From assembly GCA_946613885.1 (NCBI GenBank), contig CAMOGA010000005.1:3159-67158 (forward strand): a stretch of DNA of 64,000 nt, given 5' to 3'. The notes below the pieces were generated by a model that saw only the letters and a program-made list of their open reading frames with translations, was not told the origin of the DNA and did not search any database. Made by a program: the position numbers and the translations under genes. Of this stretch, positions 36,296 to 49,686 are shown one piece after another. Position 1 is the stretch's first letter. Each line of letters begins with the position of its first letter. The DNA is from an uncultured Pseudomonadota bacterium (GTDB lineage: Bacteria; Pseudomonadota; Alphaproteobacteria; Rs-D84).

Positions 36296-36990
36296 TGTGT
36301 AATCCGGTATGAATTGAATTGTTTAACATAATATCCAAATGTTGCAGGATAAGAACCGTCTGTGTTTCGTGCAATATCCATGAATATCAATACATTAAAA
36401 ACACGTTTCATCATAGATGCATTTGATGTTTGTATTATGGCATAAACCTGCCAAGAACTGGCGTTTTCTGAAACTGTAATCGGTAAAATTTGCATTCCTA
36501 GAACACGCCATGTGTCGGTGTTTTCAATTTCTTTGTATTGTTGACTAACCATATGAAATTCTTTGAATACATCCGCACTACATTTACAAGATATCGCACA
36601 TTCTGTATTTGTGGGATCGTATTGTTCTGGTAAATCACATTCATCAACAGAACATTGTGACCAACGGGATTCATTGATGTTTGCATTATTAGAAATTGTA
36701 AACCAATCAGTCACAAAATCATTGACCAATTTTTCTTGGATGATTTGATGTTGCTGCATCGGTTTTTTGAATTCATCGGGATATGCAACCACAGACCATT
36801 CGTCTGTTATTGGATCCACAGATATTAAAAACGGATAATTTGTTTTAAAACGTATTCCCAGCACAATGAAACCACAAAATGCCACAATCATAAAAAATAT
36901 TATCGCAATCCAAATAGAAAAACTGCGGGACAGGGCAAGTGTTTTGCCCGCAGGAAATGTAGGTATATTAAATCCGTTTGGGTAATCCAA
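36292..36990 (-). CDS. VirB8-like type IV secretion protein
   Basis: Cytoplasmic N-terminus, then a TM helix, then FKTNYPFLISVDPITDEWSVVA (compare VirB8 LKT.VPYVITVD..TGE..V) and IIQEKLVNDFVTDWFTI (compare VirB8 ..V.KY.L..FV..RE.Y). About 230 aa. Confidence 0.5.
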   Translation of the reverse strand: MDYPNGFNIPTFPAGKTLALSRSFSIWIAIIFFMIVAFCGFIVLGIRFKTNYPFLISVDPITDEWSVVAYPDEFKKPMQQHQIIQEKLVNDFVTDWFTISNNANINESRWSQCSVDECDLPEQYDPTNTECAISCKCSADVFKEFHMVSQQYKEIENTDTWRVLGMQILPITVSENASSWQVYAIIQTSNASMMKRVFNVLIFMDIARNTDGSYPATFGYYVKQFNSYRITQ

Positions 36991-37017
36991 TCAATCCCCC
37001 CATAATAATGTATTGTA

Positions 37018-37173
37018 TTATGCACGATATACCAATATACACGCACAAGGGCTTAATTTTAATTCATTGTTATCATATCCAATGCTGACCGGTTCGGCAT
37101 CATATATTTGTCCGCATCCGGATATTCCCAAACCAACAATTGCCAATGTGCAAACAATCAGAATTTTTTTCAT
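37018..37173 (-). CDS. 51-aa lipoprotein (VirB7-like by size and position)
   Basis: Not in the ORF track. RBS gaaaggagacacc, then ATG. MKKILIVCTLAIVGLGISGCGQIYDAEPVSIGYDNNELKLSPCACILVYRA has the lipobox ISGC. Lies between bamA and the VirB8-like gene. Confidence 0.45.
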   Translation of the reverse strand: MKKILIVCTLAIVGLGISGCGQIYDAEPVSIGYDNNELKLSPCACILVYRA

Positions 37174-37235
37174 GGTGTCTCCTTTCTTTTATTTGATTAT
37201 AAGAAATATCAAATCCCCCCGTCAAGATAAAACAA

Positions 37236-39503
37236 TCAGAACTGTGTCGCAAACGATAACAAGAAACGTCTTTCATCGTCATATTTATTAACCTTTAATG
37301 GCCATCCCCAAGAGAAATTCATTGGGCCCATTGGTGTATTCCAATAAATACCAAATCCCACAGATGTCCGCCAATCTTCATCAATTATATTGGGTTGACC
37401 CTGATACGTAAATTCACGATGTGGTGGTTTGCCCAAAATACCGTAATCTGCGAATACAAAACCCTTAATCTGGTATTCATCAGGAATAAATATTGGGAAA
37501 TTTAATTGTGTCGAACCATTTAATTTCCATAAACCACCCAATGAATAACTTCTGTAATACCAATTACGAGAACCAACACCAGCCACATCAAAACCACGCA
37601 ATGAATCACCACCCAAGAAATAACGATACACACGTGGTATGTAATTATCAGATTCCAAAGATTGTAAATAACCAAAATCCAAAGATGATTTTAATTGCCA
37701 TCTGTCATCAAAGAATTTTACCAAACCAGTGATATCTGCACTGTATCGCATAAATGTATTCGTACCGCCAAATCCAGTATATGCGATACCTAAATCACCG
37801 ACAATTCCTGTATGGGTGTTTTGTTGGAAATTTGTGTGTAAATTATAATAGCGCAAATTTGTTCCCAGTGTATACAGATTCGCTTTATTCCAGCCGCCCA
37901 ATTGTAAATCATAATTTTGATCAAATGATGCAGACAGGCGCATTGTTTGCGTCCAGTGGTCTGTTAATCGCCATCCCAATCGACCAGCCACCACAAAAGA
38001 ATCACGGTCGTATCCATATCCACCCAGTTTTGAATATTTATATTCTGTATATGAAACATCGACACCTGCGGATAATTCACGATTAAATAAAAATGGTTCT
38101 GTGAAACTGAATAATGCCTGACGTTGATATTCGGCAATTGAACCCTTAATCTGGACAACCTGACCGCGTCCCATAAAATTGTTTTCAGTGATTCCGGCAT
38201 CAATCATAAAACCATTAATTGTTGACCAGCCAATACCACCAGACAATTCCCCAGTTGGTTGTTCCGTCACTTTTACATCTAAATTCATCATATTTGCATC
38301 TGCCAGACGTGTCGGAACCATTTGAACATCTTTGAAATAGCGTGTGTGCATTAAATTCTGACGACCTGTTTCAATCGTTTGCAATGAAAAAGGATCGCCT
38401 TCGCGCATGGGCAAATGGTGTTCGATGACATTGTCAAAAGTGCGAACATTACCCAATAAATTGATACTGTTTATATATATACGATTTGTTTTTTGAATTT
38501 TGAATTTAATATCCGCAGTACGTTTTTCTGTGTTTTTATCGGTAATGGGTTCGACATTGATAAATGCATATCCGTGATCTGCAACGACACCACGTATCGC
38601 ATTAACTGTGGCATCTATTTCATCAATATTGTATACATCTTTTTTTGATATTGTTAACGCATCGTATAATTCACGATTTGGTACATCTGGAAACGGGTTA
38701 TCAATCGTGATATTACCGATTTTATATTGATTTCCTTCGTCCACAGTAAATTTTACAGAATAATATTCACGTGTTGGTGAAAAATTGCCTTGAACATTTG
38801 TCACCTTGAAATCTAAAAATCCATTTCGCATATAAAATTGATGCAACAATTGTTGATCGTATTGAATACGGTCTTCGTCAAAAACATCAAATTGTGTTAA
38901 AAAACGCCACCAAGCATGTTCGCGTGATAAAATTTCCCTGCGTAATGTGCGTGACCGGAATTTTTTGTTGTTTTCAAAATCAATGTCTTTGATGTATGTC
39001 GGGTGACCTTCGCGAATTTCATAAACCACGTTGACACGATTATTGTCTACATCAATTTTTTTCGGATTTATTTTAGTGCCAAAAAAACCCTTGCGCTGAT
39101 ACAGAGTTAACATACGTTGCACATCGCCACCAATAACAGATTTATCATATGCAGCGCGTTCTTTGGTTTTTATTTCTTTTTTTAAATCATCGGTAGAAAT
39201 TTCATCGTTTCCTTCAACTGTCACCATGTTTATGATTGGCGATTCTGTGACCTTGATTTTTAAAACATTTCCGTTTAACGAAGTATCGACAGATGAAAAA
39301 TACCCAGATGATTGTAATTTTTTCGCGACATTATTTATTGTTTCTGAATTGACATTATCACCATTTTTTATGCCTGATAAAATGCGCACAGATTCAGCAT
39401 CCATACGTTGATTCCCAACAACGTCAATCCGCGAAACAACAGTGGCATGGACAGATGTAGATGCCAACAGAAATAAAACAAAAAACAGACCACGTTTCAT
39501 CAT
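37236..39503 (-). CDS. bamA: outer membrane protein assembly factor BamA
   Basis: Signal peptide, POTRA repeats (I..I.V.GN......), a large beta-barrel, and the C-terminal ...FATQF. Confidence 0.92.
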   Translation of the reverse strand: MMKRGLFFVLFLLASTSVHATVVSRIDVVGNQRMDAESVRILSGIKNGDNVNSETINNVAKKLQSSGYFSSVDTSLNGNVLKIKVTESPIINMVTVEGNDEISTDDLKKEIKTKERAAYDKSVIGGDVQRMLTLYQRKGFFGTKINPKKIDVDNNRVNVVYEIREGHPTYIKDIDFENNKKFRSRTLRREILSREHAWWRFLTQFDVFDEDRIQYDQQLLHQFYMRNGFLDFKVTNVQGNFSPTREYYSVKFTVDEGNQYKIGNITIDNPFPDVPNRELYDALTISKKDVYNIDEIDATVNAIRGVVADHGYAFINVEPITDKNTEKRTADIKFKIQKTNRIYINSINLLGNVRTFDNVIEHHLPMREGDPFSLQTIETGRQNLMHTRYFKDVQMVPTRLADANMMNLDVKVTEQPTGELSGGIGWSTINGFMIDAGITENNFMGRGQVVQIKGSIAEYQRQALFSFTEPFLFNRELSAGVDVSYTEYKYSKLGGYGYDRDSFVVAGRLGWRLTDHWTQTMRLSASFDQNYDLQLGGWNKANLYTLGTNLRYYNLHTNFQQNTHTGIVGDLGIAYTGFGGTNTFMRYSADITGLVKFFDDRWQLKSSLDFGYLQSLESDNYIPRVYRYFLGGDSLRGFDVAGVGSRNWYYRSYSLGGLWKLNGSTQLNFPIFIPDEYQIKGFVFADYGILGKPPHREFTYQGQPNIIDEDWRTSVGFGIYWNTPMGPMNFSWGWPLKVNKYDDERRFLLSFATQF

Positions 39504-39506
39504 TTT

Positions 39507-40565
39507 CTAATTCAATCCAAACACACGTGCAATATCATTCCACATGGTAAACGCGAATAACAATGCGATTAAAATCCATCCTATTAATATTGTTATTTCC
39601 ATTGCTTTACCGCCCAATTTTTTGCGTGTGATGGCTTCTATTACCAATATTAATAAATATCCACCATCCAATACCGGTAAAGGCAACAAATTAATCACAC
39701 CTAAATTAACAGACAGCAGGGCGATTATTGACATAAACACAAAGAATCCCATTTCCAAGGCATGTCCAGATACCTGGGCAATTGTAATAAACGACCCCAG
39801 TTGTTTAGAAGAACGCTCGCCAGTAATGATTTGTTTCAAAACAATTAATAAAGTTTTTGATTGGTAATACGTTTCGCGTAACCCAGAATACATCGCACTG
39901 AATAAACCCTTTTTGCGGAATATGGTTTTGCTGCCATCTGCGATTAATCCCCAACGATCCGCAGGTTTTAATGTAGTTTTGATTAATTCATTATTGCGGG
40001 AAATTATAACGTTTGCGTTGTGTTTGTCTGCCAATTCTTTGGCAATAATTAATTCACCCCAATTCGCAATTTTTGCATTATCGATTTTAACAATTTTGTC
40101 GCCTGGTTTAATTCCGGCATGGAAAGCGGAACTGTCGCGGACAACCTGACCAATTACAGGTAATTGAATCGTGCGTGGGCGGAACATAAAGTCAGCAGAA
40201 TATATAAACCATGCCAGTACAAAATTCATAAATACACCAGCGCCAATGATAATAAATTGTTTCCATGCAGGAACAGATAAATAATGTCCTGTTTTTTTAT
40301 CAGCAGGTAAATCTGTATATTTTTTGCGGTTAAACATGTCTTCTTGACCATAAATAGACACATAGCCACCCAACGGCAGACAACATAATTTCCATACTGT
40401 ATTATGTTTGTCGTGCCATTTTATTATTGCCGGTCCAAAACCAATGGAAAACGCATCAACACGCACACCCGCCCATCGTGCAGCCATAAAATGTCCTGCC
40501 TCGTGAACAAAGACAACAATTCCTAGAACTATGATTAACGCAATAATTGTCAAAATCGTGTGCAT
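39507..40565 (-). CDS. rseP: RIP zinc metalloprotease RseP
   Basis: HEAGH in the first TM helix, a PDZ segment (GIKPGDKIVKIDN), and NLLPLPVLDGG. Confidence 0.88.
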   Translation of the reverse strand: MHTILTIIALIIVLGIVVFVHEAGHFMAARWAGVRVDAFSIGFGPAIIKWHDKHNTVWKLCCLPLGGYVSIYGQEDMFNRKKYTDLPADKKTGHYLSVPAWKQFIIIGAGVFMNFVLAWFIYSADFMFRPRTIQLPVIGQVVRDSSAFHAGIKPGDKIVKIDNAKIANWGELIIAKELADKHNANVIISRNNELIKTTLKPADRWGLIADGSKTIFRKKGLFSAMYSGLRETYYQSKTLLIVLKQIITGERSSKQLGSFITIAQVSGHALEMGFFVFMSIIALLSVNLGVINLLPLPVLDGGYLLILVIEAITRKKLGGKAMEITILIGWILIALLFAFTMWNDIARVFGLN

Positions 40566-40582
40566 AATTTAATCCTTATCCG

Positions 40583-41254
40583 TTATTTGATAAAAAACCA
40601 CATAAATGGCAAAACGTAAATCCAACCGTCAAATCTGTCCAAAATGCCACCATGCCCAGGCAACAAATTCCCAAAATCTTTGATTCCGATTTTACGTTTT
40701 ATAAAACTGGCAGTCAAATCACCATATTGTGATAACAATGCGATTGTACATCCCAGTAATACCGAAAATAATGCATCACCACCATATCGTTTGAACAATA
40801 CGAAAAACAACAAAGACATCGCTGTTCCGCAAAATATACCGCCAATTTGTCCAGCCCATGTTTTATTTGCAGACAAACGTTCCCACATTTTATCGCCACC
40901 AAAAATATGTCCGAATAACCATCCGCCTACATCGGCACCCACAATTATCATTAACAGCCATAACATAATCCATGGGCGTGCGCCAACAAAATACACAGAT
41001 ACTAACATTAAAACCAACAATAACATAAAAACAGTAAAGTAAAATAAGTTTGTGTTTATTGTTTCTGTGTCTGCAGCCTTGTAGCATTTTATTGTTTCAT
41101 ATATTGCACCCAAAACAACCAAGATACCCAACCAACGCACAGCGTGCAGGGCAGGCATCCAAGATTCCAAAGCCATAACAACAATCAATATTGCCACCAT
41201 GGCTAATGCGGAAATAAACCGTAAAGATGTATTAGATAATTCGTTTAATTTCAT
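40583..41254 (-). CDS. cdsA: phosphatidate cytidylyltransferase
   Basis: Polytopic membrane protein with the C-terminal signature S.IKR..G.KD.G.LLPGHGGILDRFD. Confidence 0.85.
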   Translation of the reverse strand: MKLNELSNTSLRFISALAMVAILIVVMALESWMPALHAVRWLGILVVLGAIYETIKCYKAADTETINTNLFYFTVFMLLLVLMLVSVYFVGARPWIMLWLLMIIVGADVGGWLFGHIFGGDKMWERLSANKTWAGQIGGIFCGTAMSLLFFVLFKRYGGDALFSVLLGCTIALLSQYGDLTASFIKRKIGIKDFGNLLPGHGGILDRFDGWIYVLPFMWFFIK

Positions 41255-42006
41255 TTTTGTTTTCCTGAATAATTTTTCTTTTTACCACCACCAAATCTGC
41301 GGTCGCGTTTTGTGTATTCGTCCAAAACCCGTTGCCATAATTTTTCAGATTTAACCAAATCTGGCCAATGTTCTGGAATGAATAATAATTCTGCGTATGC
41401 CAATTTCCACAGCAAGAAATTAGATATACGACATTCGTTGCTGGTGCGAACCATTAAATCTACAGGTAATAAATCGCCTGTATCCATAAATGTTTCAAAA
41501 GTATCCTTGTCAACGCTTTCCCCATTTTCAATTGCGGCATTGACAGCACGAATAATTTCGTCTTGACCGCCGTAATTCAATGCAAAAACAACCGTCCCGT
41601 TGGTGTTTCCTGCGGATTTTTCTTCCAATTCATCACATAATTTAGCCAATTTTTTTGGTAATCTGTCACGCGAACCAATAACACGATAACGCAGATTTTT
41701 TTCCATTGCGTGTTTCATGTTTTTATTTAGTTCTGAATAAAATAAATCCATCAAGAAATTGACCTCTTCGTCAGAACGATTCCAGTTTTCTGTGGAAAAG
41801 ATATAAAATGTGATTGTAGAAACCCCACGCGCAATAAACCAATCAACCAAATTTTCAAAATTTGAAATACCTGCACGATGTCCCTCTAGTGGGGGCAGAC
41901 CGCGCATTTCTGCCCAGCGGCGATTGCCATCACAAATAAATGCAATGTGTTGAGGTATTTTCGTTTGGATTTGTTCTGGTTGTGTTTTTTTGAATATTTT
42001 GAACAT
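41251..42006 (-). CDS. uppS: undecaprenyl diphosphate synthase
   Basis: HIAFICDGNRRWA, FSTENW.R and NYGG.DEI motifs. Confidence 0.92.
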   Translation of the reverse strand: MFKIFKKTQPEQIQTKIPQHIAFICDGNRRWAEMRGLPPLEGHRAGISNFENLVDWFIARGVSTITFYIFSTENWNRSDEEVNFLMDLFYSELNKNMKHAMEKNLRYRVIGSRDRLPKKLAKLCDELEEKSAGNTNGTVVFALNYGGQDEIIRAVNAAIENGESVDKDTFETFMDTGDLLPVDLMVRTSNECRISNFLLWKLAYAELLFIPEHWPDLVKSEKLWQRVLDEYTKRDRRFGGGKKKNYSGKQK

Positions 42007-42053
42007 GGGTTTCTCCTTGGATATAAAATGTAAAGTTTTATATTTTGGTTGTT

Positions 42054-42614
42054 TTATATAGACATAATGTCTGCTTCTTTTTGTTTTAACATTGCATCAA
42101 CTTCGCTGGCACGACCGTCAAATACCTTTTGAATATCTTCTTCGTATTTATGTTGATCGTCTTCTGAGATTTCTTTATCTGTCACCGCACGTTTGATTTT
42201 ACCCATTGCGTCTTGACGAATGTTGCGCATAGATATTTTTGCTTCTTCTGCGTATTTTCCGGCAACCTTGGTCAATTCACGACGGCGTTCTTCGGTTAAT
42301 GGTGGCATGTTTAAGCGGATAACACCACCCGCAGTCATTGGATTTAATCCCAAACCCGAATCGCGAATCGCTTTTTCAACCAATGGCGCATTGGTTATAT
42401 CCCAGACCGTCACAGATAATGTTTGATTGTCTGGGGTGGATACTGTCGCAACCTGATTCAATGGAATTTCAGAACCATATGCAGGTACTTTGACACCATC
42501 CAACAAATGCACAGACGCACGTCCCGTGCGTAATCCAGCAAATTCAGATTGTAAAACTTCCAGTGTTTGAGCGGTCTTTTGTTCGGCCTCTGATTTTAAT
42601 AGTGAATAATCCAT
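42054..42614 (-). CDS. frr: ribosome recycling factor
   Basis: Full-length Frr pattern (F..LRTGRAS..LLD.V.V..YGS..PLNQVA.....D...L.V..WD; LTEERR.EL.K). Confidence 0.93.
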   Translation of the reverse strand: MDYSLLKSEAEQKTAQTLEVLQSEFAGLRTGRASVHLLDGVKVPAYGSEIPLNQVATVSTPDNQTLSVTVWDITNAPLVEKAIRDSGLGLNPMTAGGVIRLNMPPLTEERRRELTKVAGKYAEEAKISMRNIRQDAMGKIKRAVTDKEISEDDQHKYEEDIQKVFDGRASEVDAMLKQKEADIMSI

Positions 42615-42662
42615 AAAAAACTCCTTAATAAGATATCACGGTAAAAAGATTAGCAAAATGAT

Positions 42663-42691
42663 TTGACTTTTTGCAAGAAGAAATATAAAAT
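42663..42691 (+). promoter_or_regulatory. candidate promoter of the tRNA-Ala/tRNA-His unit
   Basis: TTGACT, 17 nt spacer, TAAAAT, ending ~15 nt before tRNA-Ala. Confidence 0.4.
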
Positions 42692-42705
42692 AGTTTCTGC
42701 CGCAT

Positions 42706-42781
42706 GGGGTTGTAGCTCAGTTGGTAGAGCACTTGCATGGCATGCAAGGGGTCGTCAGTTCGAGTCTGATCAGCTCCACCA
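42706..42781 (+). tRNA. tRNA-Ala (anticodon GGC), CCA encoded
   Basis: Manual cloverleaf: acceptor GGGGTTG/CAGCTCC with the G3:U70 alanine identity pair, anticodon loop AUGGCAU, T-loop TTCGAGT. Confidence 0.9.
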
Positions 42782-42818
42782 AAAAATTTGAGTCAGGCAA
42801 TCAATGCCTAAAAGTTAT

Positions 42819-42896
42819 GGCGGGTGTAGCTCAGTTGGTTAGAGCGTCGGTTTGTGGTACCGAATGTCGCCAGTTCGAATCTGGTCACCCGCCCCA
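42819..42896 (+). tRNA. tRNA-His (anticodon GUG) with encoded G-1 and CCA
   Basis: Manual cloverleaf: G-1 opposite C73, acceptor GCGGGTG/CACCCGC, anticodon loop UUGUGGU, T-loop TTCGAAT. Confidence 0.9.
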
Positions 42897-42998
42897 TAAA
42901 TAAAAAACGCACCAAACGGTGCGATTTTTTATTTATCTGGTCGGGTCAGATGAGAACTGGCGAAAAAGCCAGTCGACCCGCAGCAAAAAGGCGGAATA
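42878..42998 (+). repeat. direct repeat copy 1: tRNA-His 3' end, terminator and GC-rich hairpin element
   Basis: aatctggtcacccgccccataaataaaaaacgcaccaaacggtg ... ggtcgggtcagatgagaactggcgaaaaagccagtcgacccgcagcaaaaaggcggaat. It recurs 163 bp downstream with a few substitutions. Confidence 0.85.
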
Positions 42999-43040
42999 AC
43001 GCCGGTTTGCCGTCAGGCAAATTTTGCAAGGGAGCGAAGC

Positions 43041-43158
43041 AATCTGGTCACCCGCCCCATAAATAAAAAACGCACCAAACGGTGGGTTTTAATTTTATCA
43101 GGTCGGGTCAGATGAGAACTGGCGAGAAAGCCAGTCGACCCGCAGCAAAAAGGCGGAA
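43041..43158 (+). repeat. direct repeat copy 2: orphan tRNA-His 3' fragment, degenerate terminator and GC-rich hairpin element
   Basis: The first 44 nt are identical to tRNA-His positions 42878-42921. Then comes the same nested hairpin element (GGGTC..CTGGCgagaaaGCCAG..GACCC, CCGC..GCGG). Confidence 0.85.
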
Positions 43159-43243
43159 TTGGTGTTTTTTATATAAAAGTTTTTATTTTCTTGCTTTATT
43201 AAATATGCAGATTTATAATCAGCACCGATAAAGGAGAAAGAAT

Positions 43244-43990
43244 ATGAAAATATCAGAAACATTTAAAAATTTATCATTAATTTGGGTTGTTGTGTTGGCG
43301 TTCGGTGTTGCGCTGGGGGGATTTTTTATCGGAAACGGTGTGTATAAATCTATGGCGCGCAGAACGGTGACTGTCAAGGGTTTGGCGGAAATGGATGTGG
43401 TTGCAGATACCGCCGTGTGGAATATAAAAATCAATCGTGTTGGTGGTGATTTAAGTGCTGTTCAGGCATCTGTTGATAACGATATTCAGAAAACACGTGA
43501 ATTTTTAACAGATAATGGATTTAACGAAAATGAAATTCAAAACCTGCGTATAACTGTGCGGGATAAATTTGCCGGATACAGTGATGCGCAACGCCAAGAT
43601 GAAAATGCCAGCGACAGATACGTTATTGAAACAGGTGTTATGGTGCGTTCAAATTCTGTTAATTTAGTGGATACTGTATCACGTAAAATGGGTGATTTAG
43701 TGCGGCAAGGTGTGACGGTATCAGAAGATTATGCCGGTCCGATATATGTTTTTAATGGATTAAATGATATTAAAATTAAAATGATAGAAATGGCGACAAA
43801 AAACGCAACTGCAGCGGGTGAACAATTTGCAAAAGATTCTGGTGCAAAGTTGGGTAAAATACAATCTGCAAATCAGGGATTGTTCACGATTACTGCGCGC
43901 GACCAAATGGATGCGTGGTCTGACAATGAAAAGCAATCAATTAACAAACGTGTTCGTGTTGTGACAACGATAACTTTTTATCTGAGATAA
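43244..43990 (+). CDS. SIMPL/DUF541-family periplasmic protein
   Basis: N-terminal TM/signal sequence, then R.V.V.G.AE..V..D.A.W.I and overall SIMPL-like organisation. About 250 aa. Confidence 0.55.
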   Translation: MKISETFKNLSLIWVVVLAFGVALGGFFIGNGVYKSMARRTVTVKGLAEMDVVADTAVWNIKINRVGGDLSAVQASVDNDIQKTREFLTDNGFNENEIQNLRITVRDKFAGYSDAQRQDENASDRYVIETGVMVRSNSVNLVDTVSRKMGDLVRQGVTVSEDYAGPIYVFNGLNDIKIKMIEMATKNATAAGEQFAKDSGAKLGKIQSANQGLFTITARDQMDAWSDNEKQSINKRVRVVTTITFYLR

Positions 43991-43997
43991 AAAAATT

Positions 43998-47824
<3,827 letters not shown>

Positions 47825-47884
47825 TGTCCTTGATTTATCTTTGGTGTTTATGTAAAAATGCCGTACATAGGGAAGGGGTGTTTT

Positions 47885-49657
47885 ATGAAAAAAGAAATCA
47901 CATCATTACCAAAATCTTTGTGGAAATTTTATGCCCAATACGGTTTCAAAAACTATAAATTTTTATTGGTTTGTTATATGCTTACTATGTTTGCCGTATT
48001 GGCGGGCGGGGTGATTTGGCCGTACATAGAACGTTGGATTGTTGCGTTATTTGAAAATCCTGTACCCGCAGGGGTTGGATTTGTCAGATATGCTTTACCT
48101 ACAGTGATATTAATCACATTGTTGAATATGTTTATGACGGTAAGTGCTTTGTTGCATCAAACTTTGTCTGCGCACACTGTGCCTGGTATAAAAAATCAGG
48201 TTTCAGAAGTATTGACCAGTTATGTTCATCAACAATCCATGAATTTTTGGGTTGGGCGTATGTCTGGTTCTATAAATTCGCAGATTGGAAATATCCAAAG
48301 TACTTTGGATGCATTGGGCAGTTTGTGGCGCAATTTTGGCAGATTATTGGTTATATTTGTTAATGGCACCATGTTGTTGTATGTGAACAGATACGTTGCA
48401 TTGTTGTTTATATTTGCTTTGTTTTTCAGGGTGTTGTATGCGTATGCCATGCGCAGTCGTATTAAAAAAGCCAGTGAAGATGCTTCTGGGGCCAATGTTG
48501 CGTTAAGCGGTAAATTGGTGGACAGTTTTTCAAATTATTCTATTGTGAAATTGTTTGCAGGTGCCGATAAAGAAAAAAAGGCATTGCAAGATCCCAGAAC
48601 AAAAATGGTAAATACGCAAATGTATTCTTTGTATATGACGCGTCTTTTCTGGGCAATTCCTGGATTGTTATGGGATTTATTGTTGGGATGTACAGTGTTA
48701 TTCTGTTGTATTTTATATGTGCGCGGTGAAATATCTGTGTCAGAAGTTGTTTATACGTTATCTGTATATTACACCGTAATGGGGTCTTTGTCGCAAATAA
48801 TAGATGCCGTTCCTGAAATCATAGATAAAATTGCATCGGGCAAAAAGGCGTATCGTGAATTGGTTGTGCCGTTGGATATTATTGATAAAAAAAATGCGAA
48901 ACCATTACGTGTTAAACGTGGCGCAATTGAATTTCAAAATGTGTATTTCAAATACAGAAGTAAATATGTATTAAAAGATTTATCTTTGTTTATTAAACCT
49001 GGTGAACGCATTGGTATTGTGGGGGCCAGTGGTGCTGGAAAAACAACTTTGGTTAATTTGTTAATGCGTTTTTATGAACCACAACATGGCAGTATTTACA
49101 TCGATAATCAAGATATTGCCAATGTTAAACAACAATCTTTGCGCGAAAATATTGCCATGATTCCCCAAGAACCAACGATGTTTAACCGTACAATTGGTGA
49201 AAATATTGGTTATGGTAAAAATGGCGCATCAAAAGCTGCTATAAAACATGCGGCAAAATTTGCATCTGCAGATAAATTTATTATGGATTTAGAAGATGGT
49301 TATGATTCTTTGGTGGGTGAACGTGGTGTAAAGTTATCTGGGGGACAACGGCAACGTATAGCCATTGCACGTGCGTTTTTAAAAAATGCGCCAATATTGG
49401 TATTGGACGAAGCAACTTCGGCATTGGATAGTGAAACAGAAATGGCAATTCAGAAATCTTTTGATAAATTATCACGGGGACGCACAACCATTGCGATTGC
49501 GCATCGGTTATCAACTTTACGTAACATGGACAGGATAGTCGTGTTGGACAAGGGACGTGTTGTAGAAACCGGAACCCATACACAATTATTGCGTAAACGT
49601 GGTAAATATTACCATTTGTGGAAAATGCAATCAGGTGGTTTTTTGCAAGAAATGTAA
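47885..49657 (+). CDS. ABC exporter, fused permease/ATPase (MsbA-like)
   Basis: Six-TM N-terminal half. Walker A GASGAGKTT, signature LSGGQRQR, Walker B LVLDEATSALD. Start set at MKKEIT. Confidence 0.85.
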   Translation: MKKEITSLPKSLWKFYAQYGFKNYKFLLVCYMLTMFAVLAGGVIWPYIERWIVALFENPVPAGVGFVRYALPTVILITLLNMFMTVSALLHQTLSAHTVPGIKNQVSEVLTSYVHQQSMNFWVGRMSGSINSQIGNIQSTLDALGSLWRNFGRLLVIFVNGTMLLYVNRYVALLFIFALFFRVLYAYAMRSRIKKASEDASGANVALSGKLVDSFSNYSIVKLFAGADKEKKALQDPRTKMVNTQMYSLYMTRLFWAIPGLLWDLLLGCTVLFCCILYVRGEISVSEVVYTLSVYYTVMGSLSQIIDAVPEIIDKIASGKKAYRELVVPLDIIDKKNAKPLRVKRGAIEFQNVYFKYRSKYVLKDLSLFIKPGERIGIVGASGAGKTTLVNLLMRFYEPQHGSIYIDNQDIANVKQQSLRENIAMIPQEPTMFNRTIGENIGYGKNGASKAAIKHAAKFASADKFIMDLEDGYDSLVGERGVKLSGGQRQRIAIARAFLKNAPILVLDEATSALDSETEMAIQKSFDKLSRGRTTIAIAHRLSTLRNMDRIVVLDKGRVVETGTHTQLLRKRGKYYHLWKMQSGGFLQEM

Positions 49658-49686
49658 AAAAATGCCCAAATTGGGCATTTTTTTTA
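49656..49686. terminator. bidirectional intrinsic terminator
   Basis: aaaaaaATGCCCAaatTGGGCATtttttttt. Confidence 0.7.

Noticed and set aside
42721-43066. Two + strand ORFs (60 and 70 aa, both ending SGHPPHK)
   Set aside because: They run through tRNA-Ala, tRNA-His and the duplicated tRNA 3' end. The shared C-terminus is just the repeat translated.
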